64,000 nucleotides of DNA from Fistulifera solaris (GCA_030295235.1 AP026129.1:496001-560000); one strand, 5' to 3'; numbered from the stretch's first letter, positions 1 through 14,055 are shown. Notes: a model not told the origin generated them from the sequence alone. A program made the numbers and translations.

Positions 1-3000
1 CGTACATCTCCGCGTAAAGTATAGCAGCTGTGACTCTCCCCGCTTTCAAGAATGCTCGCATTACCAAGTACCCATCTAGATGCAAGATGACTCCGAAACG
101 CAACCCACTCCAAGGTATAGCCCGTACACAAGAACAAACACTTGCACGGGAAGAGTTTTCGTTCTTCTCGTTCTTGGAAATCTCGTCTGTTAGTCGGCTC
201 TTTCTCTGGCTGCGCGATGACATAAATTTTGCTTGAGTTGCGTGCCGTAGAACTTCAAGGGTATTCAGAATAAGATCCAGATACTGTCGCTCTTGGCTGT
301 CACAAGTATGACGATCTCCCGTGCACTGTTTCAATAATGTCTCAAAACATCCTCCGATTTTGTCAATAAGATCCTCTTCCGCGGGTGCTTGATGTGTGGC
401 TCCATCCGGTGCACGATGCAGCAGATCAACTATCAGCGCTGGAAAAAGTGCTGCAGCAACACTCGATTCAAGGAATGTTATCTTCTGCAACAACCAAAAG
501 AATTCCATCTCATTCTTATTGACTTCTCCGGATACACTATAGAGGCAAAGTATAATTGACGGGACAATCGCACAGAGCCATTCCTCAAAAGAAGAGCTCC
601 GCGCGCTACTCCACGCCTCCGGTGCCCAACACCAAGAGGTAACACTATCTTCATCAACGCCACACTTGGTACGGATCAAGGCAATTTCGTGCCCCTCGAG
701 GAACAGTTGTTTGTCAATAATAATTGTGCTTCTCTTTGTGTGTGAATAAAATATCTCAAGTAAGGCGCTCACCTCGTTCACGATGAGACCGCGGCACTCC
801 GCCCCGACACGAGTTGACAAAACGGAAGTAAGCGTGTGGGCTGAAATTGACGAGTTCAAAGGATTCGGAGATTCAAGCACGACTAACAGAGTTTCAATAC
901 ATCTTGCCTGCAGAGTCCGAAGGAGACGATTGTCTGTCACAGCCGAATACAACCAATATTCGCCGACCAGTGGGTATTCTTTGTCCCACAAAATGGTCGA
1001 CATATTCAGTTCACCGAAGCACCGACTCGCAGCTAAGCGAATCTTTCGCGGAAAGCCAGATGAACATAGCAGGCCGAGAGTTTGAACATGGGATGATTTT
1101 AATGGCTGAAGCATTACCTTTCCACTTCTTGAATCGTGTAAAACTTTTTCAAGCCTTACAAGCTTGTTGATGAGTCTGTTCTTGTAAATAGCTGGATAAT
1201 TAGACAGTCTTGTCTTCCCTCGATTTATATTTTCTCCCTGTCCCGGCACATCGCTGATGAAGGTGGCAACGTCGATTTCGGTTCCACTCACAAAATCAGT
1301 ATTTGTGCGGCCTACAAGCTTTTCAATCGCGCCCCGAACGTCAAGTAGGCTTTTGAAATCTCGTAGGCTATCTCTTGAAATAGAACTAAGCCTACTTGCT
1401 TGATATGCTTCAACAAGCTTCGTTTCGAGACTTTGTGAATTGGAGCACTTTGTCACAAAACTAGAGACAAACGACAGACACGCTTCAACAATAGCTGATC
1501 GTTTCGGACAACGTTTGAAAGGCGTACTCATATCGAATGTGACGCTTTCGCACCACCTCCATGTATCTCCAAGCAAATGCCTACTGATGTTATGTCCACC
1601 AATTAAACCAAGACTTCGGGTCAACTTGGCGTGACGTGCTGATCTAGACAGCTCAGTCTGATCGATGAGGAAGCTAATGCTTTCGTCAAGGACCTGGAAT
1701 ACCACAAGTAGTAAATCTCCAAAAATATCAGAAAAGAGTGATTCGCCGCCGACGTTCAACAGCTTATTCGAGAGGAGCGTCAGTAAAGGTAAACAGAAAA
1801 TATGTATCTTCTGAAAGGTCCCATCACCAAGCACACATGACACTAGCTTGATAGCAATTTGGCAAAAGAAATACACCGGGGATCATTTTCGGCTAATGTC
1901 TCCCCTAGTGCAATCACGTTCTCGAAAGGAATCCAAATGACTCTTGGTGATGAGAATTTCAGTCTGACACACATCAAATACCTTGCATAAAAGAAGAGTA
2001 AGATGTACGATGCCGAGGAAAACTGTGTTGACATCATCATTGACAACGTGTTGTGTGCTTTCAAAAGATGTCGTTTTTGTCGCTGAGGCTCGCTGACAGA
2101 CTTAGATATAGCAGATACTTTTGTGCGTTGAAGCTATGACTTTTCAGCCGGCGCACGAACACTTCCTCCGAGAGAAGAGAAAGAAGCAGCTGCTCCATTT
2201 TTTGCACAGCGTTGCAGTTATCGTCACTTTCATTTGAAAGCCAGGACAAATAGGCGACAGTTTCCGGTAAACTTGAACCAAGAAATTTACGAACTTGTTC
2301 TTCATCAAAATGGTCTGTGAAAACCAAACAAAGCTCTTTTATATAACCATCATCTGCGATTTCAAGTCGCAAATCAGTCGATGTCCCTTTGTTGAGACGC
2401 TTCTTGACGAAAGAGAGCAAAACACGCGGAATGATGATCTTGGAAAATCGAGCAACAAAGTCCGCTGACGCGACTCGTCGCATCTCTTCAAAATCGGAGG
2501 TATCACCGTTGCTGACAAGTAAAAGTCGAGAACAATGCCCATGTTTCAAAAGCTCCCGAACAAGTACTGGAGAGGTAATGAAGAGCGGAAAGTCGAGTAA
2601 CGAGAGTTCTCGTTCCTGCCATCGATCGACAAGATATGTGACGCAGTGATCGATAAAGAGTTCACAATTCTGCTCTCCCTTCAGTCGAGCCATGTGGCTT
2701 AAGGATTGGAAACAAAGCCCTTCGCAAGCAGGCGTAGTTTTAGCGACAAGTACCAGATCGAAGAAGAGTTGCTTGAGCACGCCGTCGTTTGTCGATTCGC
2801 TTGCGAGGGCACACCAATGGTTAAGGCAAGTGCCTCGCATCGACAAAAATAAGTCTTCCCAAACCTGCCTCTCAAGAGTGCCTAAGTCGGCACTGTCCAC
2901 GATCTTGGCCGTGTACCACTCTCTATATTGCTTTCTGTCACTGCCGTCGGCATCGAAAAGAAAGAGACGCTTTCTTATTGATTCGGTCACCTTTCCTTCT

Positions 3001-6000
3001 GGCAGTAACCGAATAGCACATGCTACAGCTCGTGAAGCGATACTTCTAACATGATTGTTAGTATCAAAGAGCGAAGGTAAGACTAGAGTCCTTGCGAAAT
3101 CTTTGTCGAAAGCTTCATGAAATGTATCGCCTGCCGCACTGAAAGAATTTATTGCCGACTGAAACTGTATTGCGCGGACTGGCGGTCTTGTTTGAAATGT
3201 CTTGCGCTCAATATTACTGATCGCATCGACAATAAGCTCCTTTAGACAATTAGACTCTTCGCTATTTAACGGAAACGCGAGAAATGGATCATCACGAATA
3301 GTGACTATCTTCTCCGACAACTGGAATCCGAAAACATGAAAATCATCTTCAGGGGGAGATGCACCCCTAATCATAGAGAGTAGACGATGAATGAGAAAGA
3401 GTTTTTTTTGCTCTGAGCTCTTTCCGCCCCCGTTCAAAGTGTGGGCGGCGAACCCACTTAAGAGAGGCTCTTCCATACACAAGAGATGCGCAGCTATGGC
3501 TGCTCCGAACACGTCAAAGTCACCCGGACTTGCAGACTCAACATTTTCTACACCCGCCAACATACAAGCGAATTTCGCACTAGGATCGAGTGCCAATAGA
3601 AGAGCACCCACAACTATTGTACATTTGGGACTGGGAAGAACGCATTCAAGAGCTGCTTTCTTCGCCGAACTTAAACTCGACAACGCTCCTCGTTTCCTCT
3701 TCCTCTCAAAGCCCTGAACCTTATTTGATAGCGTTTTAGATTCCTCGTCGTCCGTTTCTTCTAGAAATAAAACATCTGAGTGCTCTGCTGGTGAATGAGA
3801 CCTTCTCAAATGTGGTACCGTCTTTGAGTCCAGCAACCTTTGCAGATATCACCTAGGCGCAGCGCTTCATCTAAGAGCTCGCTCGACAACTCAATACTGC
3901 TCCCTGAAGTTATGGTAGACAAAGTCCGAATGACGATAATCATCTGAGAGAATGCAGACCAGAAGGAGCCGATGCTGATTGAAAAAAGTTTAATGTCCCT
4001 TAAAAATGATCTGATCAACTGAGTTGAGGTGGCCAATATGATTTGTTGCTCCCTGGCGCATATTCCTCGTGAACAGATCAAGACTGTGATTACATATCGC
4101 CAACACCCAAACATGCGGTCCTTATCGTCGGCATTTTTGCTATCTTCGTTTACTTCATCGGTATCAAGGGGCGCGTCAAATGGCTTTAATAACACCGCAG
4201 TGACAAGTCCGAGAAGACTACTTGCCTCAGAATCAGGAACATATTCAGAGAACACAATTGATCGCTCGTGTTCGCATAAAACAATGTCAACAGCATTTCT
4301 TTCATCACAAGACTCTGCCATTGGTGGGCATAGTTGAATCCTCGGATCAAGCAAGGGTTCCATCCACAGCCGACATAGTACATCCGAAGTTGGAATGTGA
4401 GACGAGAATACCTCATCTCTCAGCGCACATAATCGGAAAATTTCAGTCAAAAATGATGCGCTTCCATACACCAGCGCACCCAGGCACGAGGCTACCACAG
4501 CGCCTCTGGGCTCATTCATACCAGATTCAACCGCTCTTAGGCAATAAATCAGCAACCTACTGCGCCGACTAAATGTAATTTTCTCTTTCCCGGTTAAATG
4601 TTGAGCATAGTGAAGCTCGATAGAATCTGTGCCACTTTCCGATATACCGACACGGGATAGAAGAGAATAGAGAAGTAAAAACATTCAGATGATGCAAAGA
4701 TGTGCTCAGAGTAACATGGTAGAGTCCAAATGTCATTTTGATGTTGGTACACGTATGAGGACTGTCGACTTAAAAGAGTATCAGTGGAGCTGATGCTTGA
4801 ATCAAGACAGGATCGCACAATCATCTCACGGAACAATACTAAAACCTCGCGTGCAACACAATCAGACTTCCCGTTTTTCGTACTTGAATGATAAGCCAGG
4901 TCTGGTCTTATCAGTATATCCCATATTCTTCTCCAAGCTAAACGAAGGTTATTGATCTCGGTGGCGTTAGGGTCGCAAATGTACACCAGAACAGCCATGG
5001 TTTTCGTTAATGAATTCGTACAACGAAGTAAAATCACTCGAAGAGAGGTGCTTCCATTGTTGGATCCACTCCACTCCAACACATCTGCTAGTACTCTGAT
5101 GAGAAGACAAAGATCGTCACCATTGCAAAGGTTGATAAAAGCACGCTTACAGCCACCATCGATGGTGCCAGCAATCGAACCTAAATCATACCATTTGTGT
5201 AAGGAAGACGTCCAGCATTGCCCTGATGGAAAATGATATGCACATGTTGTCACAATACGAAGCACCGGGATGATGGACTTGATATCAACAGTTGACGTTG
5301 ACAATCGCATCATTTCTTGTATCATAGAGTCAGACTGCGTCTGCGAATCCCTCTTCCCACTCGAAATGATGGGAAAAGCGAAACGAAGAATATTCCAAAA
5401 AGGAGAGCCAAGTAGCTGCTTTGGTGTCATGGCTTGACTCTTAGCGGAAGCTGAAGACGCCCATTCTAGATATGATACACCGGTTTCCAATTCAGAGTGC
5501 AGCGAAGTCCACGAAATGTCTTCAAGGTAGGATCTTTGGGCGCATTTGAAAAAACGAGCAACCAATTCTAAGTGAAATTGTTGATGAGAGTTCAGCTCGA
5601 CAAGACCAGCATCAAGTTTAAAAATGTCCTCGAGCAATGTTTCAAGGAGTGCATTCACATGCTTCACCGTCAACGTTGCGTCCCCCAAGTCACCAAGATC
5701 TCCCGTCAGCAGACCCTGAAGTTCACCAACTGTTTCTGCCACCAGTCTATGTACAAGAAAAAAGTGAGAGCTGAAAGGCATGAAACCTCAGCATGCTGGG
5801 CAATAAATATACCTACAGATGCGCATAAATGTATTCGTTGAGAGCATGGCGAGAATCGCTCGTTTGAGCGGACGAATAGGCTTTCCTCACAAACGTAATT
5901 ATTCGCCTCCCGTGACGACTCAACGGTTCCACAGCTTGATGGAGATCTGATCGAAGAAGAGTTGCGAGGCCGTTCATCAAGTGTTGCATTTCGTGTGGGT

Positions 6001-6730
6001 TTGTTTTATCTTTTGAGTGTAGCGAGCACCAATCTGCAACCATTTTGACAGAGCTGGAGAACAGTAGTTGCAAATCCATACCCAACGAGCACGCTGTGCC
6101 AATCAAGCTTTCGAAAATCATTCCAGTTTTGACAAGGATAGGTACGGGCGGTAAGTCGTCGGCTAGGATGCGCGATTCGACCATTTCGCGCATAATTGCA
6201 TGGATTTCTCTTTTCGCTCGCATATTGGCGACGTATTCCTTACGCGAGCACAAATAGACAAGATTTTCAAGAAGTTCCAGTTCCGCCAGTTCCAATGCTG
6301 TGTCATCTAAAAGCATATCGAAGCAATAATTGAAGATCAGTTTTGTTTCCGACCGTGATAGAAAAGAAGGTTTGTAAGGAAGAATTCCGGGTACTTCTTC
6401 TTCTGTTTCATAGGGCATATCGCAGCAACGCAGCAATTTGAACGGCATGAGAATGTCGATGTCCCTTAATTTGACCTTGCTGGCGACCGTTTTCTGCATG
6501 GAGACAACTGCCGCCCTGATGATATACCGCCAGAGTTCCGATAGCGCTTTCCGTCGCTTTACGCGACTAGCAACGTCGTCTCCTGAACTTGCTTCCTTTG
6601 CTATCTTTGCTCGTACCTCGGACAAGGCAAGTTTCTGCTGCAATTTTTCTGCCACATTTCGACGTTCTTGCACTTTAGAGCTCTGCTCTAGAGCCATAAC
6701 CATGGACCTTATTTCACGATATGTGCTCAT
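1..6730 (-). CDS. ATM: ATM/Tel1-like PIKK kinase, N-terminal and HEAT region; 3' part runs off the window start
   Basis: Chain of minus-strand ORFs (6730-5813, 5781-4594, 4684-3806, 3836-2061 and smaller pieces). N-terminus MSTYREIRSMVMALEQSSKVQERR resembles the TAN motif. Near 420-475 the minus strand reads LESSVAAALFPALIVDLL, like the pre-FAT segment of ATM. An in-frame GT-AG intron lies at 5747-5816. The kinase domain is not in the window. Confidence 0.7.
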
Positions 6731-7426
6731 CGTTCATGGTCGTAACGTATGGTTAACTCAAAAGCTGATAATGCTTACACAGGAGAAGAAAGAGCTGAAT
6801 CCGCAATGTAAATGACCGATTTGAAAAGAAGTGCTATGTAAATATCTGTAAGCGCTTTTTCATCAATTGGTTATCATGAGTACTATTGTATCGTTGATGA
6901 TGCATGATGCCACCAGGTATCTTGCATTTTGCTGCATCTCGTCCTTTTCGACTTGTCGAGATGATTTTTTTGGTGACAAGGGTCGTGACAGAAAAATAAG
7001 TGAGATCACCGAGTCGTGGGTCGTGTGTGATGAGTCATGGTTAATGCGTCAGTCAGTACCTAACCGACGAAACCGACGAAACGTGTCAACGGACGTCCCG
7101 GTAATATAAAGGATAATGTACGACACGAAATGAGCGATCTCCACCATAGCACGGAACAATACGACGTTTCATATTACAGATCATTCTGATCCGTTGAACC
7201 GCAAGGCAGCGTAAGTATGCCTACGACTCGGTTGACGGGCGTGGGAGACACGAGTTAGAGTACCACGAAGAATAATGAACGGATGTGTTGCCTCCGAACG
7301 GTTACTTCATTAGCGAGAAACAATTTTCGCCAAGAAAATCTCACCCCCCATTTTTTCCCGGCTTCGACCACATCGGGCATCTACATTTCCTTTTGGATTA
7401 CAAGAAGTAATAAAACCAAGTTAACA

Positions 7427-7912
7427 ATGGCTTTTCTTAAGAAGTTGCGATTCCCAAAGTTCAGCAGAAACAAGAAAGAGGTGCGTTGCTTACGAGATTG
7501 GAAGTTCATCTGGATTTTCGTCGTCGACTCGACGTATCTGCATTGAAATATTCAATCAACGGCATTTGGATTTGACATCCATCAATCCATTACTAATGTT
7601 CTTTTCTTTCAACCGTTTATATCAACAGACTGCGGAGACAAAGGTCACTGATGAAAAATTCCCCTCTGATGTTGTCGATGCTGAAAGAAGGCTGTCGACG
7701 CCCAGCTTTCTCCGGTAGCGGAAGACCGCGACGGCGCTGATGCCGAGAGCGCTAATATGGACGCATCTAGCAACGCCGAAAAAACAAAGGGAAGTGTCAA
7801 CGGAAGCGAAGTTTCAGTGGGAGATGCTAGCGAAAGCCGTGAAGTGCCTGAATCATCCCAAACAACAAAGTCAGACTGGGACTGCTGCGGTGTTTCCTTG
7901 ACTATGCCCTAA
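7427..7912 (+). CDS. small hypothetical protein with one intron, divergent from ATM
   Basis: MAFLKKLRFPKFSRNKKE, GT at 7481, AG at 7628, then an acidic/Ser-rich exon ending DWDCCGVSLTMP*. One probable frameshift. Confidence 0.5.
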
Positions 7913-8132
7913 GTCACACGAGTTGGCGGATATTTGATGTTTGGCATGACCTGCACATCGATATCTGGATCCGCCGCTTATAATTGTGTTTGTGCGAACA
8001 CAGCTGATTCGACCTGGATTTCTTACTGTGGTCTATAGGAAATTACAGCTGTAACATAATTTTATAAAAAAATCTGTTCTAAGTAATGTTCCTTATTTAG
8101 CTGTATATCGATAGCGCGATTTCATTATTATA

Positions 8133-9125
8133 TTATATCGATGTTTCAACATCCTTCCATCCCTCGTGAATGGCAACGATACCTCCTGTTAAGTTGGTGT
8201 ACTTCACATGTTGAAAGCCCGCTTGCTGCATCCGGAGAACTAGTTCATCTTGGTTAGAAAACATTCGAATGCTCTCCACAAGATACTGATAAGAATGACG
8301 ATCGTTTGCGATGAATTCGCCCATCGCAGGAATGACGTTGAATGAATAGGCGTCATAAATCGGACGGAGAATTGGGTTCGGAACGTGAGAGAACTCCAGA
8401 CACATAAAGCGTCCACCAGGCTTTAAGACTCGGTGAGCTTCTGACAAGGCTTTGTCGACGTCTGTGACATTCCGTAAACCGAACGCAATGGTGTAAAGAT
8501 CAAAACTGCAATCCGCAAAGTCGCACAAATCCTGTGCGTTACCTTGCTGGAAATGAAGAGCCTCCGAATCATCCAGAATAGAATTCCCAAACTTTGCACG
8601 TGCTCTGTGCTCCCCCACTTGGAGCATTTCTGCATTGATGTCGCAAACGGTAATGCGAATTGGGTCCTTTCCGGAACTCTTGCTACGCTCAACACAATTG
8701 GCAGCTTCAACGAATCGAAAAGCAACGTCCCCAGTTCCTCCAGCAACATCCAGAATATGTAATAGCGGATAGTTGTCAGTTTGATCGATCGGAACGCTTC
8801 GTCGGACGGCCTTTGCCATGCTTTCTACGGCCGAGATTTGGAGCAAATAATCCTTCCAATAGCGATGAAGACCGCTAGACATGAGGTCATTCATTACATC
8901 GTACGAGTCAGCGACGCTATCAAATACCTCTCGCACTCTGCTTTCTTTCTCATTTACGGAAACTTCCTCGTATCCAAAGTGAGTGGATGAACCCGAAACG
9001 TATGGTTGCGCTTTGCTGTCGAACGACGTCGACAAATTCCTTCTGCGCGAAAGTCTGCTCTCAGAGGCGCACCACTTTTGCGCACTTTGGGAGACTTGAA
9101 TTCGTCGAATTGTCCGAGCCCACAT
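8133..9125 (-). CDS. COQ5: ubiquinone biosynthesis C-methyltransferase COQ5/UbiE, mitochondrial
   Basis: THFGY, VFDSVADSYDVMNDLMSSGLHRYWK, SAM motif LDVAGGTGDVAF, YTIAFGLRNVT, RVLKPGGRFMCLEFS, SYQYLVESIR. Arg/Ser-rich presequence. Confidence 0.97.
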   Translation of the reverse strand: MWARTIRRIQVSQSAQKWCASESRLSRRRNLSTSFDSKAQPYVSGSSTHFGYEEVSVNEKESRVREVFDSVADSYDVMNDLMSSGLHRYWKDYLLQISAVESMAKAVRRSVPIDQTDNYPLLHILDVAGGTGDVAFRFVEAANCVERSKSSGKDPIRITVCDINAEMLQVGEHRARAKFGNSILDDSEALHFQQGNAQDLCDFADCSFDLYTIAFGLRNVTDVDKALSEAHRVLKPGGRFMCLEFSHVPNPILRPIYDAYSFNVIPAMGEFIANDRHSYQYLVESIRMFSNQDELVLRMQQAGFQHVKYTNLTGGIVAIHEGWKDVETSI

Positions 9126-10337
9126 TTGATAGAGAGTTTAACATTGACGGTTGCTACTTGTTGCAATTTGATTGACTTCGCTCCGCCTTGCTATGCGGCA
9201 ATTGTCGCAGTCAGATCGCAATACCAGATAACGCGGGGAACGGGTGTGACTAAGGCTATTCAACACGAACAAAGGAATCAAGTCACAGTGGTTGAGTACA
9301 ATTACAGCTACAGTTCACTCCAATAAACTGCCAATCCCCAATCCCTAGGACCTGAAGGCTATCCGCTAAGGAATCATCAGTGTGTTATCGACATCTAGGA
9401 GCAAATAGCACCTCTTATATCATGATTTGACAGAAAAAAGTCTTCTTGTCTTTATGGAAATCTTTGTATCAATAGTTACGAATGATCATCGTCCTTTCAT
9501 CGTGACGAGAGGTGTGCTAAAATTAGGCGATTACTTCTAATCAGCGTGGGTCGCGCCGAATGTGAAATTTGACCATTATTTAGACAAAAAAACTCGGCGT
9601 AACGAGTTCCGTGTTTTCATTCAATTATGCCGAAGGAAGTCCTGGTTCGTGCTTCGTAGTCACAATGTCTAGCAGACATCATAGACCTTCTTAAATTTGC
9701 CCACTCCTACATTTGATACCAGGGATTAAATCGTAGTCGAGAAGGCAGCACGATCGTTCTTATCTTTCGTGTCTGACGTGACCTATTTTGCAGAAGATGT
9801 GCACATTAAGCAATTATGTTCACCTTTGCCCCAGCGTTGAAGAACTAGGAATCAACGTCTTCGGAAGAGGTAAATTCGTAAATTCCCTGACGGAGTGGCA
9901 GCGGCCCAAGATTCCTTTCCTCCTAACCAACAATTCTTGTCTTCTAACAAGCAAGATTGGCAACATATGAAGTCAAAAAAAACATAGGAACGCCTCGTCG
10001 AACACGGAAATAGTGTGTCACACGTTTCTTCGTTAGCACGGTACACTTTCTACGTAGTGAGTTTCCCCAGGTGCCGGAATGCCGATGTTAAAATACTAAC
10101 GTACTGTGGAATCGAACCACAGAGCCATCCCAATCACGTCGTATTTCTACCCTGATCCATGATATATAAGCCACTCTGATTGACGTCCAGACCCTCAATC
10201 TGACATGCCGAACCCACGAAAGCAAAAACTCCAACTCGGGCTTCTGACACTTTTTTCTTCAACAAAAAATACGAAGTCTGCTGCCTGAGCTAAAAAGGCG
10301 TTTGATTCCATAATCATATAACCCAAAACAATAACCC

Positions 10338-11183
10338 ATGAGCTCCGTTCTTGTCCAAAGTGAACCCCAGGAGCTTGATTTCGATGAGCGCGTGGAGGCT
10401 GTTTTGAATTTGACGCTCAGCTGGGAGCGATCGGCCGAGACGCACATTCGTCAGTTGCTGGGAAGTCACACGGATACGAAGCCTTCGAGACCACTTATGA
10501 TCGCAATTGTTGGTATTCCTGGATCGGGCAAGAGCACATGCTCGAATGCTCTGCGCTGTTTCTTCGAAGACAGTGGATGTCTAGTACTTCCTCATGTAGG
10601 TTCTTTGCGGCAACTTTCTTCAGCCTGATCTATTCATTTGGTGATAGTATCTCACGGCAATCGCTTTTCAACTGCTGCAGGATGGATATCATTACACAAT
10701 CGATCAACTGAAAACGTTTGAAAATGCCGATGATGCAATTTACCGACGAGGTGCACCTGACACGTTTGACACTACGGCTTTGCTACGAGACCTATGTCGC
10801 ATTCGCGAAGGAGCTGAAGAAACGATTCGGTTACCTGGATTCGAACATTCGGTTGGCGATCCCATTGCAGATATGCACGAATTCCACCGGAACGAGCACC
10901 GTATCGTAATCTGCGAAGGACTGTATTTACTGCACGACGAAGATGGCTGGGAAGAGATGGCCAACTTTTTGACTATACCGTTTTTGTTGATGCAGATGTC
11001 GATAAATGCATGGAACGTCTAAAGATCCGCAATTGTTGCATTCCGGGGTACACTCCAGATGAAATCTTTCGCCGTGTTGACGCTGTCGACCGTCTGAACG
11101 CATTGACCGTCGACAAGAGTCGCCGACGCGCGCACGAAATTTTCCGTGCAGCTGCTTTTTTAAAGCGTTTCTATCTATGTTAA
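10338..11183 (+). CDS. P-loop kinase of the uridine/pantothenate kinase-like (YFH7/YggC) family
   Basis: Walker A GIPGSGKST. An intron at 10596-10680 joins PH|DGYHY. Then RRGAPDTFD, PGFEHSVGDP, IVICEGLYLL. One frameshift near 10970. Confidence 0.85.
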
Positions 11184-12019
11184 TCAATAAAATAAAAAGT
11201 ACCTTACAAGATCATGATTTACAAGCGCTCAGAGCCCTTGCTGGGTATACTTTGTCAGCTTCATCGATCTTCTAAAGGAATGATGACCTTTGTGAATAAT
11301 AAAACCTATGGGCTGTGACAGTCAGTGACCACTAGCCATCTTACCAGGTAGTCAAGTTCTTGATTGCCTTGGTAACAACTCTATAGAGTCTACGTTGATT
11401 CCATTGGTGATTGACGACGGGCGCAAAGCTAAGTGTGCATCCGGGTCCCGTTCGTTGACACGTTACACACGTCACAAAACAAAGTTTTGGCGTTACTTGT
11501 CCCAAAGGAGTATATGTTACACAAATACTTGGTTTTGATCTTGGAGTGGTCGCCATGGTTGAGGTTGGTTGTTGTGTCATTGTTTTTGCAGTCTCCCACC
11601 ACTTACGCCGTAGACGAAGGAGCGCTGGCAGTAACATTCGACTGAGTCGCCGGTCAGACTTTGAACGACGATATCATTGTTGTGCAATGGGGACTTGCGT
11701 ATGTTGCGATGTGAGAGATAATCTTTATTATATCAAAGAGCGATTTACATTCTTGACGTACGCAAGTCTCAGTTTGATCATCATGGTATCAATGCCCGAA
11801 GATGGGCCATGACACCGCGATGTTTCGAGATGAATGAAATTAAAAAATAAAATCAGAGCTCGCCGAAAACACAAAGCAGCTCGCGGTGTACACAAAGCGA
11901 TCACAGTCCTTCATCCGGCATTCGGGATAGCGTGTACAATAAGCCACCCTGGCCGGAAAGCACGGCGTATCGCGTGAATTGACGTACGGTGTACGGTGGC
12001 GACGAACGAACATCCCTGT

Positions 12020-13269
12020 GGCCCGTTCCTAACCAAAATATCGTACTGTACCCAATATCGTACACTTCATCGCACTCATTTCCGGGTTATCCCTTTTTTT
12101 TGTGCGATGGATTTCCATCGTACCCTCGCGTGCGATGGGGTACGATGCGATCCATCGTATCCAAACTCGAACCATAAACTGGGAACCTTTTGAATAACAA
12201 CGAATTGACATTCCAATAAAATTTCTTTGACGCACACACTTTTCAATAATTTGGAAGAAATCATCCATCATTATTGTTAGGACACAGCTATCCCTTTTTG
12301 GTACGGAACATGAATAAAAACAATGTTATTGTCGTGAGCCAAGGAAACGCTTCCATTGCAGCAACAACCTATTTTCGAAGCGTTTCAACGAAGCTGTTCA
12401 AAATGTTGCTTTCTGCCACTGGCGATGATGGCATGGCTGTTATGTTGGATTCACACGATTTTGTGATTTGGCCAGCGACTTCGTCGAAGAGAAAGGTAAG
12501 TCATCAACGAAGATTATCAACAAGAACTTTAGATTGTTAATAACATAACTGTACTATAATCATTGTTTTATTTACTTATCACTATTGTTGTTGTTCAATT
12601 CCGATAGCGACCCATCCGACAAACGCCCGGCTCAAAGGAAAGCAAACGGCAAAACAATTGACCTTTAAGGGCATCCATCGACAGCCTCTGACAAAGCAGT
12701 CAAACCATCAGTCCGAAAGCCTATAAAATGGCGAGCAAATGCATCAAGGAACTGAATCACAGTTGCACGACCGGTCAAACCAATCGCACAACGACGCCAT
12801 GAAGCGATGGTAACTCTTACCGCGTCGGATGTCGCGATCAAATAGCCAAAGAACAAAGCAAAATGCAAGGGAAGGAAATACAATCAAACGATAGCATTGA
12901 AAGATTTATAAAAACAATTGCAAAACAAACATTATCCACAACGACCCCTGGGTGACAATTATGAGACGACCAAATGATGGAGCCGACGGAGAATCATGAC
13001 GAAGATTGTTTTTGAATTTTATGTTGTATACGTTCCGTTGTCCGCAATTGCGTAGGATAAGTAAGACGAAATAATAAATAATGAAGTTATGGAGGAATGA
13101 TTGTTTTGCGGATCGGAATGTCAAATTGGCGCCAATTAATCAGTGGGGTTTGAATGCCGGATGGTACGATGGAAGCGATTCGGTTAGGACTGGAACATCG
13201 TCACCCAGCTTCCTTCGTACGTTGACGTACGATGGATTGGGGGTACGATATTTTGGTTAGGAACGGGCC
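12020..13269. mobile_element. non-autonomous TIR DNA transposon (PIF/Harbinger-Tourist-like), 1250 bp
   Basis: Perfect 27-bp TIR GGCCCGTTCCTAACCAAAATATCGTAC at 12020-12046 and its reverse complement at 13243-13269. TGT flanks both ends (3-bp TSD). CCATCGTAC/GTACGATGG subterminal motifs. No transposase ORF. Confidence 0.85.
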
Positions 13270-13465
13270 TGTGTAACTGTGTAACATATACTCCTTTGCT
13301 TGTCCTGGGACGTCCGCGCACCTTTTTCATTGGAAGGGAGCATCTAAACAAGTCCTCAATAGCCAAGAAAAAAAATTCATGGTGTGAGATATTCTTTTAA
13401 ATTTGGATAACGCGAGAGCTTTCAGACGTATACTTTCCCGCAGCCATAAAATTCTAGCGAACGAC

Positions 13466-14047
13466 ATGAAAGCCGAGTTAGTTTCTTTGCTCGTTCTCAG
13501 CGCGAGCTCATTTGCCCCAATAACGGAATGTTTTAATCTGGTCTTTATGGGAACACGTCGAGGAAAAGGCAATTTGAATCGACAACTATCAGAGGAAAAT
13601 GAAAATGTGAACCGAGTTGCCTCAATAAACAAAGGAAAAGGTCAAGAAATCACCGGTGTCACTCTGCCAGCGAGTGGGAATATCAAAGGATGGGAATTTG
13701 GCGAAGCAACGAAAATGGCCTGTGCCAATGTGAATGGTCAATTCTATGCCATTCAGGGCGATTGTCCGCGCTGCGGCTTCGATCTCTGGAAAGGTGACCT
13801 TATCAACGATGAGGCGTTTGAAGACATCCCTCTGATTGCTTGCCCAACTTGCTCTACGACATATGGGCTAAGGACTGGTAAGCCTGGACCTCCCTTGAAG
13901 CGCACTGGCTTGCAAAGCTTTGTATCTGGACTTGCCAAGTCAGCTACATCCGAGAAATCCGCAAATGACGCACAAACATATCAAATCACTCGCGACGAAG
14001 ATGGGAGAGTCTATTGTCGAGAGAGAAAGAAACGACAGTTAAACTAA
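13466..14047 (+). CDS. plastid-targeted Rieske-like protein with CxxC...CxxC ligands
   Basis: Signal peptide plus ASSFAP motif. FYAIQGDCPRCGFDL...IACPTCSTTYGLRTG follows the Rieske ferredoxin pattern. Confidence 0.75.
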   Translation: MKAELVSLLVLSASSFAPITECFNLVFMGTRRGKGNLNRQLSEENENVNRVASINKGKGQEITGVTLPASGNIKGWEFGEATKMACANVNGQFYAIQGDCPRCGFDLWKGDLINDEAFEDIPLIACPTCSTTYGLRTGKPGPPLKRTGLQSFVSGLAKSATSEKSANDAQTYQITRDEDGRVYCRERKKRQLN

Positions 14048-14055
14048 GCTTACAA

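Noticed and set aside
11341..11680. 98-aa minus-strand ORF
   Set aside because: No recognisable motif, and the nearest good ATG is out of frame.
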